64,000 bases of DNA, from assembly GCA_977016875.1 (NCBI GenBank), contig CDRNST010000091.1, positions 1,798,001 to 1,862,000 on the forward strand. Reading direction: 5' to 3'. The position numbers and the translations under genes were made by a program. The DNA is from Pavona decussata. Its lineage: Eukaryota. Under the pieces are notes generated by a model, which had not been told where the DNA came from, ran no database searches, and worked only from the letters and a program-made list of their open reading frames with translations. Shown in pieces: positions 44,960 to 58,857 of this stretch (the first letter of the stretch is position 1; every line of letters begins with the position of its first letter).

Positions 44960-46740
44960 AGGAATTCTATTATCGCTCCCATTCAAGATCGAAGTACAGT
45001 GAACATTGAGATTAAGGAAACTGTGAAAATTCTAGGAGCGTACTTCACGCATAACCGTCCTCTGAGACAGAAGCTTAACTTCATAGAAATAAAAGGTGCC
45101 ATCGAAACAAAACTCCAATTATGGAAATGGAGGAATCTGACAATCATCGGACGAATTCAGATTATAAAAACCTTTGTGATTCCGATGTTAATGTATCGAG
45201 CTGGTTCAATTTGCATTGATAAAGAAGTTATAACTGAGGCCAATAAGATCATCTTTGATTTTATCTGGAAAAGCAAAGACAAGGTAAAACGAACGTCCCT
45301 AATTGGTGACACTAAAGATGGTGGAATGAAAGCCCCGCATTTAGAATCTATTATTAAGACCCAAAGAATAATGGTTTGCAAGAGATTTGCAGATGAGGAG
45401 CCTTGCGCTTGGAAAACAATTTTGTCACACTACCTGAAACCAGTTGGGGATAAAATTATTCTCTGTTGTGATTTTGGTGTTAAAAGATTCCCTATTAATC
45501 CTCAAAGCTTTTACCAGAAATGTTTAAAGTGTTTCACACAATGTTCCGCAGCTGCATATGAGAGTGAATTTGAAATGTCACATGAAGAAATATCCAACAC
45601 TGTCATATGGAATAATAAATTCATTTGTATTAAGGGTAAATCTGTCTTCAATATAAGGTTGGCTAGTAAGGGATTAATCAGAATAGGTGATTTAGTCACG
45701 GAAGGTAAACAATTTATCAGTCAATGCAATATACGGCAACGGGATTTTTCTCCGAAAGACGTTTTTGGTCTAATGGCCCTTATCGACGCTATTTCTGCAC
45801 CGTGGCGGCAATCTCTGAAAATGAATGGGTACGTGAATAAGAGACCTTTTGTTCTTCATGATCAAATTCAACTTGTTTTAAATAATCAAAATGTTTTGAT
45901 CGACAAAGCGTTGTCTAAAAGCATCTATAGCGAATTAATTTCTGGATTAGTAACTCTGCCAACAGCACAGTTTAGGTATAATGAAAGCTTTGATAATGTC
46001 TGTTTGAAATGGAGGGAAATTTATAGCTTGCCGTTTAAAGTCGCTCTTGACACAAAATCACGAGAATTTCAATATAAGGTCTTGAGCAGGTATCTAGTAA
46101 CCAATACGTTTTTAAAGAAAATAGGCAAAATAGATTCTTCAACCTGTTCCTTTTGTGGTGTGAATGACGAATCCGTTGAACATCTTTTTGTGACTTGCCT
46201 TTTCACTGCAACGCTATGGGAGAAACTTGTAATATGGTGCAACAACATAAATATCAAGGTTGAATCACTATCTGCTGTAGATATAATATTTGGTGACTGG
46301 CAAAGGAAGGAGGACTTTCTGTTGTTGAATCACATTATTCTTATTGCTAAACAATATATATACTATTGTAGGATCAACAATTCAAAACCACTCTTTAATA
46401 TTCTCTTAGTACGAATCAAGTCAGTTTACCTATTAGAATGCCAGATTTAATTTTAATTTCTACATGGAAGAACAAAAGGCAAGCCCACTCTTTGAAATGG
46501 AGCAAGTGTCGCTTTTGAAGATAAATAGGTGTTTTGAAACGTGCATCCACAATTTATGTTATAATATCTTAATTCCTCTCTAAGCGCTTGTTGTTAGCTG
46601 TGTGATTGTGTTTTGTTAAGTTTATGTGTGTGACTATTTGAGGGAGAGGAGGGAGGGTCAGCAAATAAGTCCATATATTCTATCTGTATTTTTGACTGTA
46701 ACTTCTGAAGTGAAAAAATTAATAAAATACAAAAAAAATA
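44960..46740 (+). mobile_element. 5'-truncated L1/Tx1-clade LINE: ORF2 C-terminal half (open to 46450), 3' UTR and A-rich tail
   Basis: VKILG, WKWRNLTIIGRIQIIK, GGMKAP, REFQYK, zinc knuckle CSFC-x7-EHLFVTC; AATAAA at 46721 followed by an A-run; absent from copy 1. Confidence 0.9.
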
Positions 46741-48483
46741 ATAATGCATTCTAAGATTAAGTTGACAGCAAGAAAGACATCTTGACTCTCTAATAAATCG
46801 ATATCAGTTTTGCATGGAACTGAGCACCTAGTTTGAGACCAAAATAAACAACTTTAATGTGTAGAAGAATAGCTATCAACCTGGGAATAACAGAAATTTT
46901 TAAAAATGAGCTTTTCGATCCATTGTATTGAATTAATGATCTACAAGTACAGTACTTAAAAGAAAATCATGACACAAAGCTAACTCGACTTGAAATATTT
47001 CTCCTGTATTCAAACATCTCCAATGTGTATCTCCCTCAAACAGAACCTAAACATCAACAAAAACAAAATTACTCTATTTGACGAGAAAACGATGAAATAT
47101 AAAATATTTTGTAAATCCCTATAATTAAGGAATCATTTTGGTCCGCGGTGTAACAGTTTGGAACGATCTCTTTATTGTGCATATTATGTTACCGACCACA
47201 TGAATTCGTATAACAACACTGACCTACTATTATCCGTATTAGCTTGCAATTTGAACATTGTCTTGCTTAAAGATTAAAGGTTACTTCTAGAAAATTGCTC
47301 CCTCCTCAAAAAACAAAACACTACAATAGTTTATAAAGTGTGCAAGCATATATAAAGATTTGAAGTTATCTTACGTCCTCTATTGACAAAGCCGTCGGAA
47401 CTTTCGCCGTCTACCGACAGAGCAAAACTCCTTCCACTTTTAACATTTATCACACTAAAAAAAATCCTTCAACACAACAAATCTTCTCTATCTATTAGAG
47501 CGGAACATTTCCACACAGCGGCGCAGGATCGAAAGAATAAGATCGCTCCCAAACTTGAAAACTTCTGCAAAGTTTCCTAACGCTTAAAAAGATCCTTGCT
47601 ATTTTCATCCACTGTCCTGATACAGTGCTATTTTTATTCGAATCCCCAGAACAAAGCATAGACAACTAAATTCGCCCTTTCGGCCGCCATATTTGTTTTT
47701 GAAATTTAAGTTCGCGCGTATGTAAGAAGAATCTGGGTACTAGCGCAAAGATCAACCAATCACCAATCACCCTATTGTCTCCCTTGCTGTGCGATTGGCT
47801 ATTGTTCCACTTCCCGTTACACCGGAGTGAGTGATTCATTTGCATACGGAAAGCCACTACACTCGTGGATGCTAAAGCATATCCACGAGTAAAAATCGCA
47901 ATTCTTTTTTTGTTATATTCCTTGAAGTTTAAATCAGAAATCTATGAAACTTAACATTTCTACTAAATTGAGTGTGACAAATTAATTTCCGAACTCAATC
48001 TTCCACCTTATCCAATATTTTACAATGTCACGCGTATGTTTGCTGTAACTATGACAACAGAAAGCTTTTAATGGGGCAGCTGCAACTGTCAAAAACAAAT
48101 ATAGTGACTTCGGAAAAAAATAGGATTATACCTCTACCGAAACCTCATTGGTTTCACTCGGGATTAGGATCACCTACAAACTATGACGGGCAAACGGTTT
48201 TTAAATACCATATCTAAGACCTTTAAACAAAGGGCGTTCTGCCGTAATTGACTCTTTACTGGGGGCATCCAAAAGTGCGTCGTTATTTTTGACAATGCTC
48301 ATCATTCCGTTTGCGAATTGAGCGAAGGCTTTGCAAAGTATTTAAACGAAGAGAAGAGATATAAAGGTACACTTCAAGGGACAAGGTCTGGGATCTTCTC
48401 GTACGTTTCAGCTTCGGCCTGAAGTTTCACGGTGAAGTGAATCAAAAGAACCAATCTTAAGCGTTCATGAACAAAGCGAAGCC

Positions 48484-49443
48484 ATGTTAAACAACACGAC
48501 TTCCTCTTCTTCATATAATTTGTCCTTTTCTCGTGACTTGCCAGACAATGGCGACCAAGAAGTTCCTTACATTTATGCAACCAGCCTTGCAATCGCGGTC
48601 ACTTTGGCCGTTTTTTCTCCGGTGGCAGTGGTGGGCAATGCGTTGATATTGGCGGCAGTTTGGAAGAAGACGTTCCAGAGGACATCTTTCCATATTCTTT
48701 TGAGTGGACTGGCATTGACTGATCTGTGTACAGGACTCATTGTTCAACCTGCTTATGTTGCAAGCATTTTGCTTTATACCGTTGACCCACTGGAAAGAGC
48801 TATTGAGAGGCCTTTGCTGTATGTGACGTTCGAATCAATTGCGGATGCCAGTGCTACGTATTTTGTATTCGTCACAATTCTTATTTTAATGCTTATGTCT
48901 GTTGAAAGATGGCTACACATGTCTCGAAGATCCTTGGTAACATCGCGTCGGGGATGTTCCATCGCCATTGCGTTTTTTCTCATTCCTATTCCAATAGTCG
49001 TGTTACGGTCACTGGAAACTATAAACCAAGGCTCAACTGGGAGTACTTATTACCTTACCATTATAGCGCTAATGTTGCTTAGTTTTGTAATAATATTTTT
49101 TGCCTATTTTAAAGTGCTACAAATAATTCATTCTCATCAGCTGCAAGTTCAGGCAGGTCAACCAGCCCAACGATTTGGCCAACCGGCAATAAATCTGGCG
49201 AAGTACAAGAAATCCACGGTTACCATTTTATACATTTTGGCATCGTTTTCGTTTTGCTTTTTACCTTTCATCGTCTCTATTGGGCTTTATGTTTTTGAAG
49301 GCTTAAACTCGGAAATATCCGTGGCAGTCGGTTTTTCCCTGGTACTTGTATTTTTGTCGTCTTCCCTCAACCCGTGTCTTTACCTCTGGAGAATGAACGA
49401 TGTTCGGAATGGAGTGAAAAAGTTATTATGCTCCTCCAGCTGA
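48484..49443 (+). CDS. Class A orphan GPCR, intact; paralog of 17085-18044
   Basis: 319 aa; same motifs. Confidence 0.93.
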   Translation: MLNNTTSSSSYNLSFSRDLPDNGDQEVPYIYATSLAIAVTLAVFSPVAVVGNALILAAVWKKTFQRTSFHILLSGLALTDLCTGLIVQPAYVASILLYTVDPLERAIERPLLYVTFESIADASATYFVFVTILILMLMSVERWLHMSRRSLVTSRRGCSIAIAFFLIPIPIVVLRSLETINQGSTGSTYYLTIIALMLLSFVIIFFAYFKVLQIIHSHQLQVQAGQPAQRFGQPAINLAKYKKSTVTILYILASFSFCFLPFIVSIGLYVFEGLNSEISVAVGFSLVLVFLSSSLNPCLYLWRMNDVRNGVKKLLCSSS

Positions 49444-49481
49444 ACTGAATAAACTTTGTAATTTCACTTTGTGGTCACTTG

Positions 49482-49695
49482 AGGGGAGCAGGCCGGGATG
49501 ACACAGTCACGAGAGCAGTCGCTTCCTACCAATGTGGCCCGGGTTCGATTCCAGGAATTGAAGCAATGTGTTGGTTGAGTTTGCTGTTGGTTCTCGTCCT
49601 TGCTCCGAAAGTTTTTCTCCGGGTACTCCGGTTTTCCTCCAGAAAAACCAATATTTTCGAATTCGAATTCCACTTGGAACGCACGGTAACCTTTC
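49482..49695 (+). mobile_element. tRNA-headed SINE (V-domain-like core)
   Basis: B box GGTTCGATTCC near 49542; CTCCGGGTACTCCGGTTTTCC core. Confidence 0.65.
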
Positions 49696-52600
49696 ATGAA
49701 TGTTTTGATTGTAAGGATTGAAAAATCCCCCAGATTCACAAAACATTTTTGCTTTCATTCGCTGCTTATTAGAAAACAATAATGAATTAAGGAAATTAAT
49801 GATGGTGGGATCAAATTTCTCGAGTCATCTGCGTTAGTAACGTTAACTTGTATTGTTAGGTTAAGGCTGTACACATTTAATGCGTTAATGTAGAGAGTGT
49901 ATTGGGTTTTTACTTTGTTTCTAGGCTTGCGTGAATGTTGTTGATTATGACAAAGGGTTGATAAATCGTTTGGATCAATATTTGTTCCTGTTTTACACAA
50001 CTGTCAGATAAAAGCTGTACACAGTGCAAATACATTGTACCTCATGTATGATCTTATTACAGCAAACAGCAACCAAAATAAAATTAATAAAAAGCCACAT
50101 CAATAATTCGCGAAAAATACTCAGTTTTAAACTTTTAATTTTGGTATATTTGTCTTTTCCAACAGCAATAAACTGGCTTGTATTTCAGACAATCTATCAT
50201 TCTTGGGAGTAAACAACCCCATGTACTTTTTGTAACTTCTTACCACTGGCGAGAAGTTTGAGAGGCTACACATGATTATTTAAATGTCCAAGTAATCGTT
50301 GCAAACGAATTGTACAGGGAACAAACTTTGTTAATGTAGCTCGTTAAAGGAGATGAATTGCTTTATTAATTTTTGTTCCTTCCAAAAAAAGAATGAAATT
50401 CTTATTTCTTTTAACGAAGGCTGAAAGGGAGAAAAACGAAGAAAACATTCATTGTAAGTTTAAGTTATCGTTTGAACTAAAATATTTATGACTCTCATGA
50501 ATCAGATTGTTTTCAATCACTTCGCAGCTGTCTTTATAATTTGAATTATGTACGTTTAGACTAAATATGAGTTATCAGCAACGAAGTTCATTCTTATTTC
50601 GAATATGAAATCATATACTGAAATCGATCGTAGCCACAAAAAAAGTAATTTCAAAGAACGAGAAACTTTTTCCCCTCATCACAGGATTTACCTTATAATT
50701 TACCTTAGTAGCAACCTTTTTAGTGCACCATTACATATATGACTTGTTTGGATATCATTACGTTTAATAATAATTAAGGCAGTGTACGTTCTAACATAAG
50801 GTTGATAAGACTCAATATTGCACTTAAATCTGCTTTTCTTTGAGGAAGAATCGCAGTGATGTTTCATAATATTAACCCAGTTTTGTGTAACTTGATCAAT
50901 ATATTTTGTTACTCTGTTTGTGGTAATGAAACAGTTCGCATGATCAAAACGTTGATATACACTTTCAACAAGAAATGGAGCTGTTATTATATAAATAAGA
51001 TACATTGCAATCAAATTTTTAGCGTAGGTCTGAAAATGAAATTCTTCCATTACCAATCCCTTTTGTTTCTGTTATGGGAGCATTGCTCATTTTATTGAGA
51101 ACGTGACCTAGCGCTTTTCCATCACGAACGTGATTAATTCGTTTCCGGCGAAACAAATTAAGTTACTTGAGTCATAACGAGGATTAGCTGCGAGGATCTT
51201 TCTCCTATTTAAAACTACTAAAGTGCTTAAGATAGAGACTTAAAATGGAGGAAAATCATGAAATAACCGGAGTGCCACTCCAACACCGGACGAAAATTAG
51301 AATATTAACATGAAACGCTCAGTTAACTGGAAATTCCGCGAAACTGCTTGTTTCCAATTTTCAGAACCAAAGCATTTAAATAGATCACGTTTATGAGACC
51401 CATACAAAGAATCAATAGAAAGGTTTTTGGTCTATGATACAAGCTTTGAATTCTTGTTAGAGCGTTTTCAGGTTGTCCATGAGGATGAAAACGAATATTG
51501 TTTGTGGTGCAAATTAAGGGTGCCCGCGTCACGTCGTACATTTAGAAACGTTTGCGTTGCCTGGTGACGATCTGGTTCGCTTGTCTTATAAAGTTCGAAT
51601 CACGTTCACGTTGTTCTATAGGATACAATCCGCACGTTTCAAAATGTGTCGCTTAATAAACATGAAAACACATAACATATCGAAGGTACAAAATATGGTA
51701 AGTCAAACGCGAAATAATTAAGATATGTTGAAAAGGGAGGGTACAAAATTGTATGCTAGCAGATGTTTAACGTTACAAAGAAAATAAAGTAAAAGTTAAT
51801 TAAGAAACCTATTAACTGCTGAGTCTTTATATTTACCTTTTTGAGAAAGTTTATCAGTGGAATATAAGTAATGGGAAATTAAAATGGCGAACTCTGAAAG
51901 CGTGATCGTGAAAGTAATAAAATATCATGGATTCTTGACCATTCTCGTGACCTCGATGAAACATATCATCATGTAGCATATGACATGTATGACGCTGGCC
52001 TAATATAGCTAGATGCATGTGATGTTGGCGTGATGTCCTTTGTATCTACGCACCCCTCCGCAGAATGCTTTAGAAGTAAAGTAATTAAATATACACTGTG
52101 AACGGTTTGTTATGTGAAGTAAAGAAAATAAACGTCTCCAACTCTTTTTCGACTTTGTGCTCGTAATAATATAGCGCGAAAACTCCACTTAAAAGGTAAT
52201 AGACTAGGAAAGATTAAATATTCGCTTTCCTCCTTAATCCTATTATACTTGTCACATTAATGACGCCTGATGATCATTTGACATTTGACATTTTTTTTTA
52301 TTTATACTCAACACTCTTACTGTTACATAAGCGCAAAATACAAAAGTTGGAGGTACTAAAACATAGTGTTACACGCAGCTCAAAAATAAATTCGAAAATA
52401 CAATTCAAATAGGGGGAGGAGAGTAGAGGGGCACCTTTAGTAAACTTATACTGTGCCCCTTTAAAGGAAGTAATTTGATATGAAAAGTAACTAAGTAGAA
52501 TAGAAGAAATGAGAAAGATATAGCAAAGGGAAAACAAACAAACAAACAAAAAAAAGAGAAACGAAAGTAATTGGAGTACAGTATCGTTGGAGTAAAGTAT

Positions 52601-53419
52601 CATTTTGTTAAAAGGTGAAATAGTATGTGAAATATCATGCATATCAAGTACTTATTATTTACCAAACTAGCCTAATTGACTTTCAGGAAATGAGGAAAAA
52701 GTGTAAAACTGGACCATTTAACGTTTTACAGCCTTAAAGGAGACAAACGTAACTAGAGTATTGTTGCTTAATATTGTTTGGACCATGTTTTCAAGATTTT
52801 CGTGCAAGTTACAACCACATTTGGCAAGTCACATGGTCAGAAAAAAGGTCTAAGACCCAAACGGCGTACACGCGTGAAAATTGTAAAGTGTAAGATAGTT
52901 GAAGATCACCAAGGTTCAAAACATGACGTTTTCATAGAAATTATAACGTCATAAGCACGAATTATCTATTTTCAGTAGCAATTATATTATTTACAAAACC
53001 ATTATATGCTTATGTCAGGTTATAAAGGAGGCTGCAATATCTCCGACTCGGGAAAAAAATCGGAACTGGACCTCTTTTTCTTCGCGTTTTAGGGATTTTT
53101 CTCGCTGATGCGTGGTTGAGGACTGGCAGTAGTTGCATGCAGGTAATAACGATTTTAAAAATCAATCTGTTCACCCTTATACATTTCACTAATAAAACAC
53201 CACAAACTCTTAATGGTAAAAAAATAAACTGCAAAGGCCCGCGAACGAAAGTTCTGCAAGAATACGCAGGATCTGCAAAAGATCTAATCAGTTAGTTTGC
53301 AAAACCATAGTTTCAACGGATTATTGCATGAGTGGTTTTGATTCATCACAGCTGTAGCCATTCTCCTACAAACTCAGCTATCAAATTGGCTCAATTATAC
53401 CTGACAGAAATGTGATGTT

Positions 53420-53551
53420 AGAGGTATTTTTCAGTCAGTGACACAGAACAGACTCGAAGAAAGAAAATCCGAGCTTTTCCAATAGAAGTCGACCCTATGA
53501 CCTATTCGGATGCTCTACCACTGGACTCCAGGAGACTCGTGGAAACTAGGC
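53420..53551 (-). mobile_element. tRNA-derived SINE, paralog of 22345-22487
   Basis: CAGTCAGTGACACAG...TTCGGATGCTCTACCACT...GAGACTCGTGG. Confidence 0.65.
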
Positions 53552-53616
53552 CGTCTATTCAGTTTTTTTGAAACCACATTTTTACTGTGAAAGAACCTTG
53601 TTTCCAAGTTACACCC

Positions 53617-54120
53617 TGACCGATTTTAAAACTTGTTCACTAAGTGTACGGGGCCCAGGTGACGAGGAAAAATGTAGGGAAACTTTCAGATAGTTAAATA
53701 ACTATTTTTTTAAGTTACTATCTTTAATAGGTTCACTCAACGGAAGATCGTGTTAGAGCTTGTACTTATGGAATAGCAGTTTCCCAAAGAAGAGAATGAA
53801 TTATTTATTCATAAAAAGAACAAAATCCTGTAAAATCTGAAGAACTGGCGACCTCTTACTCTCCTGAATGTCCACCGATTGCGAAATTGTAGCAAAAGCA
53901 ATCTGATAGCGAATCGTCTAAAGCAAGTGCTCGCCCTAGCTAAGCTTGTTACTCATGATCAGACAGGATACCTCTTATTCCCAAGAGCCCCAAAGAGCAC
54001 ATCTTAAAGGCCATATCGATCAGTGAAAAATATCAGTTTGATTGCGGGTTGCTAAGACATACCGAGGAAGAAAAAAATCTCTGGACTACTTTTATTCGTC
54101 ACGCCGACTTTGATAAAAGA
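53617..54120 (+). mobile_element. Decayed L1/Tx1 LINE, paralog of 22566-23075
   Basis: FKTCSLSVRG and LKNWRPLTLLN remnants. Confidence 0.7.
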
Positions 54121-54480
54121 GTGGCCCTTTATTCGGTTTTAGGCTTTAACACAAAGGCGACGTCGGGATCAATTCCCATTGATCTCTACACTCTTCTTTT
54201 CCCGCTACTTTAATACTATTGAAATCCAGTACATTATATTACAGTCGTTGACCATGGTAATGAACAACTACGTTTTGATACAAAAGCGATCGCCCCCTAA
54301 AAGTTCTTTTGAAAAGAAATGGGACGCCTTGCTTCATTTAACAGAAAAACAAACTTTACCAAATTTTTCTTCTCTTTCATTGCCGCTCATCTCTTGCGAC
54401 TATTTTGAAATCTCTTTTGTGCTGCATGTAAGAATAGTTATGAAAGAGCGCCTGCATCTACTCTTCTACTATTGATTTAA

Positions 54481-55977
54481 AGTGCCTATCACCCTTACAC
54501 AGTTTCAATGAATTTGGAAAATTTATACATGCGAAGAAATAAATCGTATTCCACGTTTCGTTTTATTTCTATCAGACGACAAAATCCTCCAAATTAGGCC
54601 GTTTCCGCCATATTGAATACAAGAAAGAGCAGTCGAGAGACTGGGAACTAACAGGCTTGTGACGTCGACCCGGTATCTCGGCCACAGAGCATTTCTCATT
54701 CGTCACTACATTCTCTGTACTGAATTTGGAATGTGCCAGGAAGGTATTTTGTAGGTGAATGTGCTGCCTTCTCAGATATGTAGAAGAGTATAGTTCTGCA
54801 CGCTATACCGTCCGATAATGATGAAACAAGGAAATACAGAAAGAAGTAGATCGATTTCATGAAACAAAAGCGGGCTAAATGAGAGTTGAACCGGAAACTC
54901 GTCAATATGCTCCAAGCACTTCACGAACGACGACTTCATGCATCGATTCTGATTTGTTGATGAAGTGAGTAGCAAGCCAATCATCTCAAGAGTGAAACGA
55001 GATGATATCGCTATAAATGTGACGCCAACTTTCCATGCTAAAGCGGTGATCACAAGTCCAGGTGTACTGGTATCAACTGGTGCCAAACATCGCCGCGAAC
55101 GAGTGGTAAGAAATGTTTCCATTTTTTTTTTTTATTTAAGCTTATAGGTACAGCCAAAACAAACCTACTGAAATAGTAAACTTATTTTAATTTATAATTG
55201 GTCTAGACTCTCAAGAATGCAAAGAGGCAAATTGAATATTATTTTACTTCTGAGACTGCTGTCTGTTGGCGAGTTGATGAAGGGCCACAGTGACATGATA
55301 AACCTAGTTCTTCTTCTTTCTTAATTCCACGTGTATAAATTTGGGAGTAGGCTTTCCAAGAAGAATGCATCATTCTTTTTAAAAAAGCTTCAGTCTTCAA
55401 ATTGTCTGTGAAGAACGAGGTTAAGAGTCAATCGAACATGTCGGTCGATTGACATGTTCGAAATACTACTTCAAAAGTTTGGCTTTTCTTACCTGGAAAT
55501 CGAAATATTTTGAAAAAAAAAAAAAAAAACACGCAAGGGCTTTCCAATCGTTTTGCGGTTTTACTTCTTTTACTACCAGACAAATTTCAGCTAATAGACA
55601 TTTTAAAAATAATAAAAATATCAACTGAACAAGCTTATATTTACGCCACGGAAAATGCAATCCTAAGATCTGTTTCCTAAGCGGTGCGCATGATGCTGCG
55701 AAGTAAAATTTTTGCATCACGATGTGGTGGTTTCGTTGACAAAAGGTAAGCCTCTGCTGTTTTGTCGTGTGCTTGTTATCGAAATACAGGGTCGACGTCA
55801 CAACTCACTAGTGCCAGCCCTATAACGGCGCGGTTTTAACTTCGGAAATTGTGATTTCGGTCGCGTTTTTAAAAATCGAGAATAACTTTAAATCTAGCTT
55901 ATTATTTTGCTTGTTTTGGCTTCCTTTCTACGTCTACTTTTGAGAATGAAAGGAACTGGGAAAGGATGATAGGCACT
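54481..55977 (+). mobile_element. Kolobok-like DNA transposon derivative (1497 bp) with a THAP-domain relic
   Basis: TTAA on both sides; TIR AGTGCCTATCA(C/T)CCTT with purine ends; empty TTAA site at 27326-27329; relic at 54731-55035: VLHAIP...KK*IDFMKQKRAK*...SSICSKHFTNDDF...VTPTF. Confidence 0.78.
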
Positions 55978-56002
55978 TTAATACTATTACTGTTTACACT
56001 AT

Positions 56003-56323
56003 TATTCAAAAACTCATTTATTATTCATAAGCCCATTGACCCATCAAATGGTCGATAAAACATCACGTGCAGTGGTTTTAAAACCCCATAAAACCTCCTC
56101 CTTATTAGCATGTGGGGTTTAATGTTTTTCTCGTATGCTAATTTCCAACGTCCACAAAAGCATCATTGTTATGAACTCTCTTGACACACGCTTTTCCAGA
56201 AATGTTTTTGAAGCCGTTCAAACAACACGCAGCACGTGTTTTATCGGGTCTCAAACCAATCGGCTGCGCCTCGTGGTTTTAAATCCCAATAAAACAATGC
56301 TGCTCGTGCTTTAAACATTACTT
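56003..56323. mobile_element. Short palindromic non-autonomous insertion, family uncertain
   Basis: Absent from copy 1 at about 27360; nested inverted repeats GCAGCACGTGTTTTATCGGG / CCCAATAAAACAATGCTGC. Confidence 0.5.
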
Positions 56324-56698
56324 AATTTTATTTCTGTTCTATTTACTTAAAACTGGATGTAAGTAAAGTACGACTACAACTGCGCGCCGCTTTCTCTCGC
56401 TGATTTCAGATCAGCTCGCTTTCGTTGTTATGAAATGTTCTTTAGTATAAGGAGAATCTTTTACACCCTTTTCACATTTTTGTAATTTATGCATATATCA
56501 TAACGCTAATAAACGTTAATTTAACAAACTTATGTAATAAAACTTATGTCTTCGTCATCTGAGGTTTGGAGTCTTTTTGACTTAAGTGACGCAAAACCAT
56601 TTTTTCTGAATCCGAACTTATTTTAATTAACTTGCTGTTTGTAATATACACATACTTTTTCTTTTTTTTCCTTTATTCTCCAAACGGATAACTTCTTA

Positions 56699-56890
56699 CA
56701 GTGCGACTACTGTTACCGGGGTCACTTAAGCAAAACTGGCCAATCAGATTGCAGGACAAGAACAATGAATTTGAACCAAAATCGATTGAACCAATCACGA
56801 GTAGACGGAAATCAACAGTTAAAACCCAAAAGTTTTGAATTATTCACTGTTCGCCAGTGCTAAGTGACCCAAGCAATAGTAGTCGCACTG
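56699..56890. mobile_element. Tc1/mariner-like MITE
   Basis: TA-CAGTGCGACTACT...AGTAGTCGCACTG-TA. Confidence 0.75.
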
Positions 56891-56918
56891 TAATTACTCG
56901 GGCCGTGAGGCATCGAGT

Positions 56919-57064
56919 NNNNNNNNNNNNNNNNNNNNNNNNNNNNNNNNNNNNNNNNNNNNNNNNNNNNNNNNNNNNNNNNNNNNNNNNNNNNNNNNNN
57001 NNNNNNNNNNNNNNNNNNNNNNNNNNNNNNNNNNNNNNNNNNNNNNNNNNNNNNNNNNNNNNNN
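56919..57064. other. Assembly gap (146 N) within an insertion specific to copy 2 (about 56893-57797)
   Basis: N run; the flanks join directly in copy 1 at about 27930. Confidence 0.95.
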
Positions 57065-57883
57065 AGCAAAAAGGTGATGTCAATGATGGCATGTCGAGTG
57101 GCAAAGAAAGCGATCTATATCGTCAGCTGCAACGTACAAGCGACAGATCGAGGTAAAAACTGTCCTGCGTCACTGTGTTATTACGTAAGCACACAGTGCG
57201 TTTTAGACCATTTTACTCTCTAGTTCTGGCCATTCACTCTACAACAATTTAGAACTTATTCCTCTACAAATGAAAGGTGAATAACAAATGCTTTCCCCTG
57301 TATTTCATTTATAAATATAAACAGCGGAACATTGACAAACGTACGAGGACAACGCACGCGTGATGCATAACGTTACTCTTGATCATACCGGAAATTGCGA
57401 TGTGATAGCGTAATCACAACCCGCAGACTCGGTTTCACACAGATACATATCTGAGTCACGGTTAAAATTTTTTTAAAAAAAATCAATGTACAAATGATTT
57501 CTGTCTTCAGATCATAGGCGAAAACGTAAGGATAAAAGCCCAGGGATTAAAGCATCCGTATGAAGCACAAGGTATTCTACTTAACAAATGTTGATTTTCC
57601 CTGTATTTCATCCTAACTGCAAGTAGTCCAATTCTGTAGTTTACTAACTGCCTCACTATATCTCTATATCCATCGATTTTGGGGAGTTGGCGATGCTGAA
57701 AGTTATCACTGCTAAAAGATCGTATGCTTACACACCACACAGTCAAATATGGCCCGATTTTAAGCTGGTCCGAGTTTAAGCTGGTAACAGCTTCTTATTA
57801 AAATTAATTTTTAATCATTTAAAAAGTATTTTAATATTAACTCAAAGTTAAAACCCTTATTTTAATTGTCAATATTTTCTTCC

Positions 57884-58857
57884 TTAGCATTGGTTGCAGA
57901 AAAGTTTTTTTTTTAACAGTTGTTTCACTCCAACACGAATGGTGTTTATTGTCCGATAATAAATAACAGGATTGACCGAAGAAGACAAACACAAAAAAGG
58001 GAAGCGAAATTTGGAATGCCAAGTCGGCTAACTCGCTAGATGTGCATGTAATTGAAAGTCCAATAGAGGCGAGAAATGGTAAAAAAAATGAGATAAAATA
58101 CCCCTAGAACATACAGGATATAGAACACAGATTTCTTGAACTTTGCTAGATTAAACCCCGAGCTACCAAAGCTAAGCTGTGATCCGCTGGCTTGAATTTG
58201 TTTTTGGTGTCGAGTGATGATTCGGAAGACCTTGAAATAAGCAATTGGCGTGGTGAGAAGACAAGACAGCAACAGGGTGAAAATAGTTAAGTTTGCGGCA
58301 ATTCCATGAATTCTCTTGAAAATGTTCAGGAAGCGAAATACTGCAGCAGGGAACAGAAGTAGTGTTCCTACCGCCATGATGAAAAGACTACGGCACACAG
58401 TCAGCAACGAGCGACGAGCCATGTGCAGCCATCTTTCTTTCAATAGACATAACTGCGATCAGAAATGCAGTTAACAGAGAAAAGTAGACACCTGAACATT
58501 CGCCAAGGGGTCTTAATGAAGCAAGAACGATTGCTGTGTTTTATCGCCCCGAACTTCGTTAAAACAAATCACTCGGATTGCAAGATGAGCAGGTTGAGTA
58601 ATGAGTCCAGTGCAAAAGTCAATGAAAGCCAAACAACTCAGAAGAAGGTATGATAGGGTTCGGAGGGACGTGTCTCTCCAAATTGCCGCTTTTACAAGAA
58701 AATTTCCCGCCACTGCAACCGGCCACAAAATGGATGTGATGACTATGGATGAAAGAGTAGCCACGTTGTAGGCAGAACTTCGATTCCTCAAAGCACCGTC
58801 CAAGGAACAAAGGCTCAACGAATTTGTTGGTGCAGAATGAGTCAGGTTATTAAACAT
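57884..58857 (-). pseudogene. Full-length GPCR pseudogene, paralog of 28010-28972
   Basis: Frameshifts after SFLLH, a 4-bp duplication at E-R-W, and indels in TM6/TM7. Confidence 0.9.

Noticed and set aside
54772-55122. 116-aa minus-strand ORF
   Set aside because: Antisense to the THAP relic; no recognisable motifs
56844-57156. ORFs spanning X runs
   Set aside because: Artefacts of the N gap
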